From the NCBI GenBank assembly GCA_963741955.1, contig CAVUKB010000009.1, positions 32,001 through 96,000 on the forward strand: 64,000 bases of DNA, read 5' to 3'. Positions 29,122 to 39,183 of this stretch are shown in pieces. Position numbers and translations under genes: made by a program. The notes below the pieces were generated by a model. It was not told the DNA's origin. It saw only the letters and a program-made list of their open reading frames with translations, and did not search any database. Source of the stretch: an uncultured Acidobacteriota bacterium. GTDB lineage: Bacteria > Acidobacteriota > Thermoanaerobaculia > Gp7-AA8. The stretch's first letter is position 1. Each line of letters opens with the position of its first letter.

Positions 29122-31088
29122 TTCTCGAACGCATCGTCGAAGAGCTCTCCGAGGCGCTGAAGGGCCGCGTGCTGACACTGTTCGGACACGCAGTGGATCG
29201 CGTGGTTCTCCAGACGCCGCCGCGGCTGGAGATGGGAGACCTGGCGACGCCGCTCGCTCTCGAGCTCGCGCGAGTGCTGAAAAGGGCGCCGCGTCAGATC
29301 GCGCAAACCATCATTCAGGAGATGCACCTCCCGGCACTCGTCGCGGAGGTGAGGGTGGAGGGAGCGGGGTACATCAACTTCCGCTTCGACCGCGGGGGGT
29401 TCACCCGCGAGTACATCGGCCGGGTGCTCGAGCCGCCCGTCCCGGCCGGCGAGCGTGTCACCATCGAGCACACCAACATCAATCCCAACAAGGCCGCTCA
29501 CATCGGTCACCTGAGAAACGCGGTGCTCGGTGACACGCTGGTCCGCTCGCTCGACTGGCTGGGGTACGACGTCGAAGCGCAGAACTACATCGACGACACC
29601 GGAGTGCAGGTCGCGGACGTGGTGGTCGGATTCGAGCACCTCCTGGGCGAAGGCGTCGAGCAGGTGCTGGCGCGCATCGCGGACCGCTCGGAGCGATTCG
29701 ATTATTTCTGCTGGGACCTCTACTCCCGGATGGCCCGGTATTACGAAGAGCATCCGGAAGGAGTGGAGTGGCGCCGGGAAACCCTGCACCGCATCGAGAA
29801 GCAGGAAGGCGAGACCGCGAAGCTCGCCGCAGTCATCGCCGGTGCGATCGTACGGCACCACATCGGGACGGCGTTGCGGCTCGGGATCGAATACGACCTT
29901 CTGGTCAAAGAAAGCGACATCATCCGTCAGAACTTCTGGGAGCTCGCGTTCGAAAGACTCAAGGCCGCCGGAGCGGTGATCTACGAGGAGTCGGGGAAGC
30001 ACGCCGGCTGCTGGGTGATGAAGCTCTCCGAGTCGCCCGAATTCGAAGGCCTGGAGGAGCCCGACAAGATTCTGGTCCGCTCCAACGGAACGGTGACTTA
30101 CGTCGGGAAAGACATCGCCTATCAGCTCTGGAAGTTCGGGCTGATCCCGAGGACATTCGAGTATCGTCCGTTCTCGCGTTACCAGGACGGGAGGATTCTC
30201 TGGGAGACGACGAGCGAAGGTGACGGCGATCCGGAAGCGCCGCGATTCAGCGGGGCCGATCGGGTCTTCAACGTGATCGACATCCGGCAGGGATATCTGC
30301 AGAAGATCGTCCGTGAAGGAGTCCGGCAGCTGGGTCACGAAACGGCGGCGGAGCGATCGATCCACTTCTCGTACGAGATGGTCGCCCTCAGTCCCGCCAC
30401 CGCGCGGGAGCTCGGCTTCGAGGTCAAAGACGAGGATATGTCGAAGGCCTATCTCGAGATGTCGGGTCGGAAAGGGCTCGGCGTGAAGGCCGACGATCTT
30501 CTCGACCAGCTGGCGCTCAAGGCCGCGGAGGCGGTGCGGGAAGGAGTGGCCGGAGCCGAGGGGGCGAGTGACGAAGAGATCGCGGAGCTGGCCCGCCAGA
30601 TCGCGGTCGGAGCGCTCCGTTACTTCATGCTCAAGTACGGTCGGAACAAGGTGATCGCGTTCGATTTCCGCGAGGCGCTCAGCTTCGAGGGCGATTCCGG
30701 CCCGTATCTGCAGTACTCGACGGTACGTGCGCAGAACATTTTCCGGAAGATGGAGGAGCGCGACGTCGATCCGCTTCTCGACCCGCACTCGCTCGACCGG
30801 CTGACCATCGGCGGTACGATGCCGGACGAGATCTGGGAGATCGTGCGGATGAGTGCAGAGACGGGTATGGCGGTTCGGCGCGCGGTCGAATCACTGGAGC
30901 TTTCGACCCTCACGCACCACGCTTTCGACCTCGCACAGAAATTCAATTCTTTCTACCACAAGTTCCCTATACTGAATGAAAAGGACGAGGCCGAACGTCA
31001 GCGTCGAGCCGCGTGCGCAGAAATCTTCCGCCAGACGATGCACGGAATTCTCAAGCTGATGGGAATCCCGCTTCCCCCGCGGATGTAA
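29118..31088 (+). CDS. argS: Arginine--tRNA ligase
   Basis: NPNKAAHIGHLRN, MSGRKG, EGDSGPYLQY, C-terminal PPRM. Confidence 0.96.
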   Translation: MILERIVEELSEALKGRVLTLFGHAVDRVVLQTPPRLEMGDLATPLALELARVLKRAPRQIAQTIIQEMHLPALVAEVRVEGAGYINFRFDRGGFTREYIGRVLEPPVPAGERVTIEHTNINPNKAAHIGHLRNAVLGDTLVRSLDWLGYDVEAQNYIDDTGVQVADVVVGFEHLLGEGVEQVLARIADRSERFDYFCWDLYSRMARYYEEHPEGVEWRRETLHRIEKQEGETAKLAAVIAGAIVRHHIGTALRLGIEYDLLVKESDIIRQNFWELAFERLKAAGAVIYEESGKHAGCWVMKLSESPEFEGLEEPDKILVRSNGTVTYVGKDIAYQLWKFGLIPRTFEYRPFSRYQDGRILWETTSEGDGDPEAPRFSGADRVFNVIDIRQGYLQKIVREGVRQLGHETAAERSIHFSYEMVALSPATARELGFEVKDEDMSKAYLEMSGRKGLGVKADDLLDQLALKAAEAVREGVAGAEGASDEEIAELARQIAVGALRYFMLKYGRNKVIAFDFREALSFEGDSGPYLQYSTVRAQNIFRKMEERDVDPLLDPHSLDRLTIGGTMPDEIWEIVRMSAETGMAVRRAVESLELSTLTHHAFDLAQKFNSFYHKFPILNEKDEAERQRRAACAEIFRQTMHGILKLMGIPLPPRM

Positions 31089-31099
31089 GAGGACTTCCG

Positions 31100-31267
31100 A
31101 TGGAACTGACCTGGCAGGATTACGCGATACGCGCACTTGTGCTCGCCTGTGGTGCGGTTGCCGCAGGGATCTTCATCTTGAAAGGTGAAGGGCAGACGCT
31201 CATCGCGCTGGCGATCGGCGGCTCATTTGGAGCCGGCCTGCTCGCCCGCTTCGGCCACCAGGGCTGA
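31100..31267 (+). CDS. Small two-TM hypothetical protein
   Basis: MELTWQDYAIRALV...; GAGGA RBS directly after argS stop. Confidence 0.6.
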   Translation: MELTWQDYAIRALVLACGAVAAGIFILKGEGQTLIALAIGGSFGAGLLARFGHQG

Positions 31268-31306
31268 CTCTTCCGTTCTGACCGCGGCCTTTCCCGGAAC
31301 CGTGAA

Positions 31307-31579
31307 TCAGTCGCCCGTGTCGCCCGTCTCGCCAGAGCTCTCGACCTCGCCGCCTGCAGCCGTTCCGCCGCCTTCGATGCGTGTCACGTTCTCGGCGTGA
31401 AGACCTTTGGGTCCTTCCTTGAGCTCGTACTCGACCGGATCTCCTTCTTTCAGTGTGCGGTATCCCGCCTGGTTCACGATCGCGGTGTGATGGACGAACA
31501 CGTCTTCGCCCGTGTTCCGCTTGATGAAGCCATAGCCTTTCTCATTGTTGAACCATTTCACGATGCCAATCTCGCCCAT
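31307..31579 (-). CDS. Cold-shock protein
   Basis: GIVKWFNNEKGYGFI, DVFVHH. Confidence 0.96.
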   Translation of the reverse strand: MGEIGIVKWFNNEKGYGFIKRNTGEDVFVHHTAIVNQAGYRTLKEGDPVEYELKEGPKGLHAENVTRIEGGGTAAGGEVESSGETGDTGD

Positions 31580-31670
31580 ACTGACTGCTCCCTCGCCTCT
31601 GAGGTTGCAAGCTCCTTGCCCCTGAGGCCTGTTTCGACGCGACGTGATGCGGGTGGGCGATTGCGCATGA

Positions 31671-32537
31671 TCACCAGATCAGCGCCCTGTTCTGACCGAT
31701 TCTCCTGAAGCCGAGCGATTCGTACAGCGCGATGGCCGCGGCGTTGAAGTCGTTGACGAAGAGCGTGACGCTCTTTCCCTCCCGAAGGATGTGGCCGCTG
31801 ATCTCCGACATCCCGAGCCGGGCCAGCCCCCGGCGGCGCCAGGCGGGCGCCGTCCATACACCCATGAGCTGGATGGTCGCCGGAGTCACCGCGGAGAGCT
31901 CGCACTTGAACACCAGTTGCCGCTCCCGGAACATGATCAGAGAGCGTCGCCTCCAGACCAGCTCACGGACCCGCTCGCGGTATCCGAACGCGTCGCGCTC
32001 CATCGGGTCGATGCCGACTTCCTCCCGGTGCATCGCGGCGCAGGCCGGCACGAGAATCTCGAGGTCGCGAAGCTCGGAGAAGCGGAGCTGGTGAAGATCG
32101 GGGAGGCTTTCGGGGTCGCGATCGAGCACGTAAACCGGTTGCGAGAGCCGCAACACGGTCGGAGGGTCGTAGTGCGCCCGGACGAAGTCCCACAGGATCT
32201 CGACCAGATCGGCCTCCGAGATGATTGCCCGGAGCGGAAGGTGACGGGTGATGATCTTCTCCCCGACCACCCGGATCCCGGACGCGAGCAGCTCGGGATC
32301 GACCTCACGGTTCGCGGCCATCACCACGTTCGAGCCGAGTGCAGCGACGACCAGAGGGACGCCGTCGTAGGAGACCTGCAACATGTCGCCGGCCCCGGCG
32401 ACGCCCTCGTCCAGGACACGTGAGATCAGGTACGCGTTGATCAGAGGGTTCTGCTCGAGGAACGAAAGGAGGTCCGAGCGATCGGATTCACGCAGACTCC
32501 GGATCGACCAGAAGCCGGACGCAGGTAAGGTCACCAT
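31671..32537 (-). CDS. GNAT acetyltransferase (DUF4081-associated type)
   Basis: GVWTAPAWRRRGLA, LFVNDFNAAAIALYESLGF. Confidence 0.88.
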   Translation of the reverse strand: MVTLPASGFWSIRSLRESDRSDLLSFLEQNPLINAYLISRVLDEGVAGAGDMLQVSYDGVPLVVAALGSNVVMAANREVDPELLASGIRVVGEKIITRHLPLRAIISEADLVEILWDFVRAHYDPPTVLRLSQPVYVLDRDPESLPDLHQLRFSELRDLEILVPACAAMHREEVGIDPMERDAFGYRERVRELVWRRRSLIMFRERQLVFKCELSAVTPATIQLMGVWTAPAWRRRGLARLGMSEISGHILREGKSVTLFVNDFNAAAIALYESLGFRRIGQNRALIW

Positions 32538-32646
32538 CTTCTCTCTCCGGGACAATCCGAGTGCATACCAGATACCCGCCCCGACTGCAAGAGAGTCGGA
32601 TCAACGAGGCCCGTTCGTCTTCCTCCTCCCGCCGTCGCGGGCGCCG

Positions 32647-33417
32647 TCACCGATCCAGAAGAGTGGCCGCGGTTCGATCGACGATCACCTCCACGTCATC
32701 GTGACGTTGAAGCGCGGAGCCGGGAAAATCGGATGTGATCTCACCCGACGCGAGACGCGCCACAGCGGGCGCTTTTCCTTCTCCGGACGCCAGGAGGACG
32801 ATCCTCCGTGATTCGAGGATCGTTCCGATCCCCATGGTGATCGCTCTCGACGGGACTTCCTCCGGGCTGCCGAAGAAAGGAGCGTTGGCGGCACGGGTGG
32901 AGTCGGTCAGTGTGACTACGCGCGTGCGGGAGTGGTGAGAAGCTCCCGGCTCGTTGAATCCGATGTGGCCGTTCCGGCCGAGCCCGAGAAACGTCAACCA
33001 GAGCGCTCCGGCGTCGGCGATCGCTCTTTCGTAGCGATGGCACTCGATCTCCAGGACTTGCTCCATGGTCAGCTCCGGCTGCATCCGGAGAATCCGGCTT
33101 CCCGTTCCGTCCGGGATGTGAATCTTCGAAGGGGTCAGGTCTACATGATCGAACAGATGCTCTTTCATGTAGGTGCAGTAACTCCCCGGGTGGGACGGTG
33201 GAATCCCGACGTACTCGTCCAGATTGAAAGTGCTCGCCCGCTCGAACGCGTGAGACTCCCGTCCGCAGCGCTCGACGACCCGGCGGTACATTCCGATCGG
33301 AGTACTCCCGGTCGGGAGCCCCAGGACGATGTCGGGGCTCTCGGAGAGCGCATCGAGAAGACGTGCAGCGGCGAGGGACGACAGGCTTTCGTAGTCCGGA
33401 ACGACGGTCCATCTCAC
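32647..33417 (-). CDS. nagB: Glucosamine-6-phosphate deaminase
   Basis: LGLPTGSTP, FNLDEY, GRNGHIGFNEPG, AITMGIGTI; GTGA overlap with nagA. Confidence 0.95.
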   Translation of the reverse strand: MRWTVVPDYESLSSLAAARLLDALSESPDIVLGLPTGSTPIGMYRRVVERCGRESHAFERASTFNLDEYVGIPPSHPGSYCTYMKEHLFDHVDLTPSKIHIPDGTGSRILRMQPELTMEQVLEIECHRYERAIADAGALWLTFLGLGRNGHIGFNEPGASHHSRTRVVTLTDSTRAANAPFFGSPEEVPSRAITMGIGTILESRRIVLLASGEGKAPAVARLASGEITSDFPGSALQRHDDVEVIVDRTAATLLDR

Positions 33418-34544
33418 GGTTCGGTTTCCACTCCTTTCAGGAACACGCGCCGGATCTCGAGATCCGCACCGGTGACCAGAAGATCCGCGTCGAGACCGGG
33501 CGCGAGCCGCCCTTTGCGCGCGGAGATTCCGAGTACCCGCGCGGGAACGGTCGAAGCGGCACGGATCGCCATTTCCGGAGTGACGCCTGCGAGCGAGACC
33601 ATGTTGCGTACCGCTTCGCCCATGGTCAGTACGCTTCCGGCGAGCGTTCCGTCGGCCAGGCGTGCCCCCCCGTCGCGCACCGTGACTTCGTGCTGGTAGA
33701 GCTGGTACCTGCCGTCCGGCATCCCGCACGCCCGCATCGCGTCCGTTACGAGAACCGCCCGCTCACCGAGAGCGTTCATGGCTGCTCTGAGTACGGCGGG
33801 ATGGACGTGTTTACCATCGGCGATCAGTTCTGCCGTCGCATGTTCGGATGCGAGTGCTGCTCCGACAGGCCCCGGTTCTCGATGGTGGAGCGGCGGCATG
33901 GCGTTGAACAGATGGGTGAAGTGCCGGGCTCCGTCCTCGAGAGCCTCGACCGCGATCTCCCACGTCGCAGCGGTATGGCCGATCGAGAAGAGAACCCGTT
34001 CACGAAAACGCCGGATGAGCTCCGGCACTCCGGCGATCTCGGGCGCAACCGTCATCAGGACGGGAAGCTCTCCGGCGGTATCGAGCCACTCCTTCATCTC
34101 CTCCGGATCGGCGGCGCGGAGAGAGTCCCGATCCTGCGCGCCCGCTTTTGCTTCGTTCACGTACGGGCCTTCGAAATGGATCGCGACGATCTCCGCCCCT
34201 TCGGACACGCGATCGCTGCTCTGACGGATCGTCTCGACGGCGTTGCGGACGTGCTCGCGGGAGCCGGAGAGCGTCGTTGCGGCGAGTGCCGTCGTCCCGC
34301 GGCCGGCGTGGAAGCGGAGGATCTCGCGATTCGTTCCCGGTTCGGCATCCATGAAATCCGCGCCGGCGCCGCCGTGGACGTGCAGATCGATCAGGCCGGG
34401 AAGAATCCAGCCGTCGCCCGTATCGAGATCGGCCGTTCCGCCGGCGGAGATCGACGCGATCTTCCCCTCGTCGACGGTGATGACGACGCCGTCGTGGAAC
34501 CCGTCATCGAGCAGCGCGCGGCCGCGGATGCTGAATCGTTTCAC
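33414..34544 (-). CDS. nagA: N-acetylglucosamine-6-phosphate deacetylase
   Basis: PGLIDLHVHG, HFEGPY, THLFNAM, DGKHVHP, LAGS. Confidence 0.95.
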   Translation of the reverse strand: MKRFSIRGRALLDDGFHDGVVITVDEGKIASISAGGTADLDTGDGWILPGLIDLHVHGGAGADFMDAEPGTNREILRFHAGRGTTALAATTLSGSREHVRNAVETIRQSSDRVSEGAEIVAIHFEGPYVNEAKAGAQDRDSLRAADPEEMKEWLDTAGELPVLMTVAPEIAGVPELIRRFRERVLFSIGHTAATWEIAVEALEDGARHFTHLFNAMPPLHHREPGPVGAALASEHATAELIADGKHVHPAVLRAAMNALGERAVLVTDAMRACGMPDGRYQLYQHEVTVRDGGARLADGTLAGSVLTMGEAVRNMVSLAGVTPEMAIRAASTVPARVLGISARKGRLAPGLDADLLVTGADLEIRRVFLKGVETEP

Positions 34545-34763
34545 AGGCTAACCTCTACTCGCACGCCCGGCTCTTCGACCGGAATGTCGCTCGTTTCGTC
34601 CCTTCCCGTCCATGATTCTGTCAGTGACTCATCGGGGATTTGTCGGGGGACTCGTCGGGCGAACTGTACGCCGAAACGCACCCGTCCGCTCGCTTTTGGA
34701 GGCTCTTTCGAGCGAGGGGAATTCCTCATCGATGCCGCGACGAGCCTGGCCGGTCGGTCCCGC

Positions 34764-35636
34764 TCAATCCTCGAGGACTTCCCGGAGCCTCCCTCCATGC
34801 TTTTCGAGGAGCTCTTCCGCGTCGCGATCGGACACGCCGAGGCGGGCGATGACGATGGCCCGGCGCACGTTCCCGGCGCTCGCTTCGAGTGCTTTCGCCG
34901 CGAGGTCCGGAGTGAGGTTCGCGGCCAGCTCCACCATTTTCGATGCCCGGCGGCGGAGCTTTGCGTTGGTCGCGGGCATGTCCACCATCAGGTTCGAGTA
35001 GACGTGGCCGAGACGGACCATCACTGCCGTCGAGATGGTATTGAGAACCAACTTCTGCGCGGTCCCGCTCTTCATCCGGCTCGAGCCCATGATCACCTCG
35101 GGGCCGGTCTCGATCACGATCGGGATATCGCACTCGCGCACCAGCGGAGTATTCGGTGTGGAGGTGATCCCGACGGTCAGAGCGCCGTTCATGTTCGCCC
35201 GGCGGATCGCGGCGACCGTGAACGGAGTGGTTCCGGACGCCGCGACGCCGATCACCGAGTCGGATGCGTCCACTTTCTTCGTCACTTCTGCGATCGCTGC
35301 AGCTTCGTCGTCCTCGGCTCCCTCCACTGCCCGGAAGAACGCGTCTCGTCCTCCGGCCATGATCACCTGAACGAGGTCGGCGGAGATCCCATAGGTGGGA
35401 GGGATCTCGGCGGCGTCCAACATCGCGATCCTGCCGCTGGTGCCCGCGCCGGCGTAGAACAGCTTCCCCCCCGACTTCATCCGCTCCGCGATCTCGTCGA
35501 TCGCTCGAGCGATCCTGCGCCTCTCTGACGCGACTGCAGCCGGCACGCGCGCGTCTTCAGCCTGGATCAGGTCGACGATCTCCGGGGTCGGGAGACGGTC
35601 GATATCGAGAGATGTCTCCAGGCGATTGTTGCTCAT
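34764..35636 (-). CDS. murQ: N-acetylmuramic acid 6-phosphate etherase
   Basis: GAGTSGR, EGAEDD, GPEVIMGSSRMKSGTAQK, NLMVD. Confidence 0.95.
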   Translation of the reverse strand: MSNNRLETSLDIDRLPTPEIVDLIQAEDARVPAAVASERRRIARAIDEIAERMKSGGKLFYAGAGTSGRIAMLDAAEIPPTYGISADLVQVIMAGGRDAFFRAVEGAEDDEAAAIAEVTKKVDASDSVIGVAASGTTPFTVAAIRRANMNGALTVGITSTPNTPLVRECDIPIVIETGPEVIMGSSRMKSGTAQKLVLNTISTAVMVRLGHVYSNLMVDMPATNAKLRRRASKMVELAANLTPDLAAKALEASAGNVRRAIVIARLGVSDRDAEELLEKHGGRLREVLED

Positions 35637-35743
35637 CAGCTCCTTTCCTCCGGGGAGGCATTCTATCGGTGATCCGGTGCGGGCCGAAGGAAGCCCTCAC
35701 CGCAGATCCGGTCGATCGGTGACCATCTGCCGCAAAGGCGGGA

Positions 35744-36847
35744 TCAGAACGGCGACCAGCGGCGCCACCACGCCTGGGGCTCGACGGCCGCTGCCGCGAC
35801 GGCGGGAATCTTCGCCACCGGCTGACCGTGGAGCCGGACGAATGCCCATCCGACCTGCTGACCCTTCTTGATCGGGGCCGTCGCTGATGTTCCGGCTACT
35901 TCGACCGACACTTCCTTTTCGCCTCTTTTCACGAGCACCCGCACCGTCTTTCCGGCGACCACCGGCACGTTCGCCTGTTTCCCTTTCGCGATCGGGACGC
36001 TCTTCGCCAGGTCCTGCCCCTTCTTCACGGGTTCGATCATCGCGTACCGCGCGAAGCCGAGGCTGAGCAGCTCGGCGGCGCTGGCGAAGTTGTCCCGTTT
36101 CCTCTTCGAGCCCATCACGACCACGACCAGGTCCATGTTGCCGCGCTGGGCGGAACCGGTGACGCAGAATCCCGCCTTTGCGTGGTATCCGGTCTTGATT
36201 CCGTTCGCCCCGGGATACATGGAGAGGAGATGATTCGGGTTCGTCATGCCGAACTTCCCGTCGCGGAACGGCATCTGCTGGACGGCTGCGAATTTTCGCA
36301 ATTCAGGATGCTTCATCACCTCGATCCCGGTGATCGCGAGATCGTACGGCGACATCACGTCGTCCGGACCTCCTCGCTCCGGGAGGCCGTGGGGTGAGTA
36401 GAAGTGGCTGTCTTTCAGTCCGAGCTGCTTCGCCTTCTCGTTCATCAGGACCACGAACGCCTGCTCGGTTCCGGCGACCCTCTCCGCGAGGGCCTCGGCG
36501 GCGTCGTTGGCCGAGTGGATCATCGTCGCTGCGACGAGATCACGAACCGGGAAGACTTCGCCCTGTTTGAGGTAGACCTGGGAGCCGCCCATCTTGCTCG
36601 CATGCGCCGAGACGGTGACTGGCGTATCCCACGTGATCAGACCGTTGTTGATCGCATCCATGACCACGAGGAGAGTGACCATCTTGGTCATGGAAGCGGA
36701 CGGGAGTGCCTCGTGCGGATTCTTCTGATAAAGGATCGTCCGGGTGGAGGGTTCCATCAGGATCGCAGCGTCGTAGAGGTTTTCCTGCTGCGCCATCGCG
36801 GTGGTCGCGATGAGAATCAGAACGATGGCGATCGACAAACGTTTCAT
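35744..36847 (-). CDS. D-alanyl-D-alanine carboxypeptidase (peptidase S11)
   Basis: Signal peptide, SMTK, SAN, KTG motifs. Confidence 0.93.
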   Translation of the reverse strand: MKRLSIAIVLILIATTAMAQQENLYDAAILMEPSTRTILYQKNPHEALPSASMTKMVTLLVVMDAINNGLITWDTPVTVSAHASKMGGSQVYLKQGEVFPVRDLVAATMIHSANDAAEALAERVAGTEQAFVVLMNEKAKQLGLKDSHFYSPHGLPERGGPDDVMSPYDLAITGIEVMKHPELRKFAAVQQMPFRDGKFGMTNPNHLLSMYPGANGIKTGYHAKAGFCVTGSAQRGNMDLVVVVMGSKRKRDNFASAAELLSLGFARYAMIEPVKKGQDLAKSVPIAKGKQANVPVVAGKTVRVLVKRGEKEVSVEVAGTSATAPIKKGQQVGWAFVRLHGQPVAKIPAVAAAAVEPQAWWRRWSPF

Positions 36848-37188
36848 TGCACACTCCTTGCGTCGCTCCGGCTGCACGCGTCATACCATTGGGCTCGCCC
36901 GCGGATGCGTTCGTTTCTCTATCACGAATCGGGCCCGCTTCGAGTTCTTCGCGGTGTGCAGGTAGCCCCAATGGCCCGACCTTAAGCAAGATCCGCGTGT
37001 CAGCCGGGAGTCGGCGCGAGCTTGCTGGGCAGCGAAGGATCCCCTCTCCGCGGGGCGCCACGGCTCCCGCCGTGGCCGCGCAGATCGCCTTCAGAACGGA
37101 ACGAGACGATACCTGCGGCAGATGCGCAGTAACTCCGCGCATCTGCTCTGTCAAACCCACAGCGCCCCCTAAGTTCGGCCCATTGCAC

Positions 37189-37254
37189 GTAGCCCGCATT
37201 TCTCACACCATCTTTGCCTCCTCGCGAGGAGACGGTGTGAGAGAAATGCGGGTT
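37189..37254. repeat. Palindromic element family D, copy 2
   Basis: GTAGCCCGCATTTCTCACACC...GGTGTGAGAGAAATGCGGG. Confidence 0.75.
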
Positions 37255-37290
37255 GGGTAGAGATGGGGAGGGTGGAGCGCGAAGGCCAGC

Positions 37291-37620
37291 TCAATCGTTC
37301 GATTTTCCGGAGGTGCTCTTCTTCTTCCGGGAACGATTGCGGTTTCGAGTTCGAGGAATCGAGCTGATCACGGTCCAGTCGTTCTTGTTGATCACCACCG
37401 GTTCCTTGGCGGGCCACAGTTCGACCGGCACGTAGTAGTAACCGTCGCCGAGAATGCGTGCCTTCACGGTCAGATCGCGCATGCTCTTGCAGAGGCCCGG
37501 TTTGCCACGGACGGCCCTCCGTTCTACGACCGTCCCCGTCTTTTCACCGACACCCTGAAACACCGAAATCTCGCAGCAAAGTGAATTGACCAGACTCATC
37601 GTGAACTCCCTGGCAGACAA
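37291..37620 (-). CDS. Hypothetical protein with basic tail (start uncertain, possibly ATG at 37483)
   Basis: MRDLTVKARILGDGYYYVPVELWP... looks protein-like; no recognised motif. Confidence 0.4.
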   Translation of the reverse strand: MSAREFTMSLVNSLCCEISVFQGVGEKTGTVVERRAVRGKPGLCKSMRDLTVKARILGDGYYYVPVELWPAKEPVVINKNDWTVISSIPRTRNRNRSRKKKSTSGKSND

Positions 37621-37737
37621 GGGAGTGCAAGAACTGCTCCGATCGGTGTCAGGTCACGCGGGGTCAGGCCTGCCGAGTCCGGTGGAAGGCGAAGAATCGC
37701 AGGCTCTCAGGCTCGGGGAAATCTCGTGGCAAACGAA

Positions 37738-38169
37738 TCAGCTGACCGCGACCAGCCGGTGGCCGAAGTCCTGGTACGAGACCTCGGGCTCTTCCTCGGG
37801 TGAGAGGTCGAAATGGACCTTCAGGTAGAACTCGACGTCCTGCTTCTCGAGGAAATAGAGGATCCGCCCTTCACGCGAGAGGATGGCGCTGAGGTATGCG
37901 CTTCCGTCCCGCTGAATGAAGAGGACGTCGCCGCGGAACAGAAGAGGAAGCTTTGACAGGAACTCGAGAAAGCGGCGTGAGCTGCCGGAACGGTCGAAGA
38001 CGACCCGCTCGATATCCTTACCGAGCTCGTTGATTCCCGCTTCCAGCGCTTCGGGGAGGATTCTGATGTTGTCCACCGGAATGATGTGCTGGCTGAGGGC
38101 CAGGCGAATCCAGTCACGGCTGGGGTTCTTTCCTGCGTGAACCAGAGTGATGCGACCATGTTCCGACAT
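37738..38169 (-). CDS. Hypothetical protein
   Basis: 143-aa ORF with normal composition, RBS-like GAGGA upstream. Confidence 0.7.
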   Translation of the reverse strand: MSEHGRITLVHAGKNPSRDWIRLALSQHIIPVDNIRILPEALEAGINELGKDIERVVFDRSGSSRRFLEFLSKLPLLFRGDVLFIQRDGSAYLSAILSREGRILYFLEKQDVEFYLKVHFDLSPEEEPEVSYQDFGHRLVAVS

Positions 38170-38435
38170 TTCACGATCCTCCGTGGCGTGAGTCCAGCGG
38201 GGCGGGAAAAAAATACACGGGATCCGCGCGCGGCTGCGCAGATTCCCGGGGTCGTGTTTCGCGCGTCACCGAACGGCCTTTTCCCGGCGCCAGAGAGCCG
38301 GTTTCGCTCGTGTTCTCCCCCGGCGGATTGAGGGAGATCGTGCCCATTCACCGTGACGACTGGCCGATCACGAAAAGTGCGCCGCTCCACTTCGGTGGCG
38401 GAGCGTCGGGGGCGGGCGCGGATCATGGTGACGAT

Positions 38436-38660
38436 GCGCTCCGCTTCTGCCGGAGGCATCGTCTCATTGCGTGCAAACACGATCATCGCGGCAGATCGGA
38501 GGATCTGCACCCCCTTCGCAGCGGTTTCGCGGTTCCGCCTCTGCGAGCGTGAGGATGCGCTTCCTTTCTGCCGAACGTCGGATGGTTGTCGTGTCACGAG
38601 GGCGTCAACCCATGGGGTGCGGATCCCGCAGGGCGGGATCCGCCGCGATGATCGGGTCGA
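38436..38660. repeat. Diverged REP family B copies
   Basis: CGCGGCAGATCGGAGGATCTGCACCCC (~38487) and GGGGTGCGGATCCC..GGGATCCGCCGCG (~38614). Confidence 0.75.
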
Positions 38661-38689
38661 AGCCCATGAAGACGGAACTCGTGGAGACG

Positions 38690-39075
38690 CGCGACTCTGC
38701 GCTGCACCGGGAGGACGTGACCCGCTCGAGCCGGTCGGTCGAGCAGCAGCCCGATGTCACCGATCCGGGCGCTCTCCACTCCGACCTGGTGATGATCCCG
38801 GCGCCGGGGCATACTCGCGGTCACGTGGTCTGTCTCTACGAAGGAAAGCTCCTCTTCCCCGGAGATCACCTCGCCTCGGGTTCCTCGCGCGGGGCGGCGG
38901 TACGCATTCAGGAATGCGTGCGGGTAGTCGTGAGAGCGGCAGCCGGAGTCGACGCAGCCTCCGTCGTTTCCGCTTCGAGTGGGTGCTGCCGGGGGACGGA
39001 CATCCGTATTGCGCCGGAGGTGATGGAGCGGAGCCCGCGCGATGCGTCCGCTGGCTGCGATCGAACGGAGACGAA
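38690..39075 (+). pseudogene. Frameshifted, 5'-truncated MBL-fold metallo-hydrolase remnant
   Basis: IPAPGHTRGHVVCLYEGKLLFPGDHL in one frame, FEWVLPGDGHP in another; no HxHxDH N-terminal part. Confidence 0.7.
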
Positions 39076-39183
39076 GGTTGTCCGCCGAGTGTTGGCCGTT
39101 GTAGATTGCATCGACCCCGGCCGTTCGCGCACGCTCCGGCATTGGACGGCGGCAGATCGAGAATCGCCGACCGCAACTTCGAC

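Noticed and set aside
34541-34798. 85-aa ORF between murQ and nagA
   Set aside because: Overlaps both neighbours and has no recognisable motif; cannot be supported.
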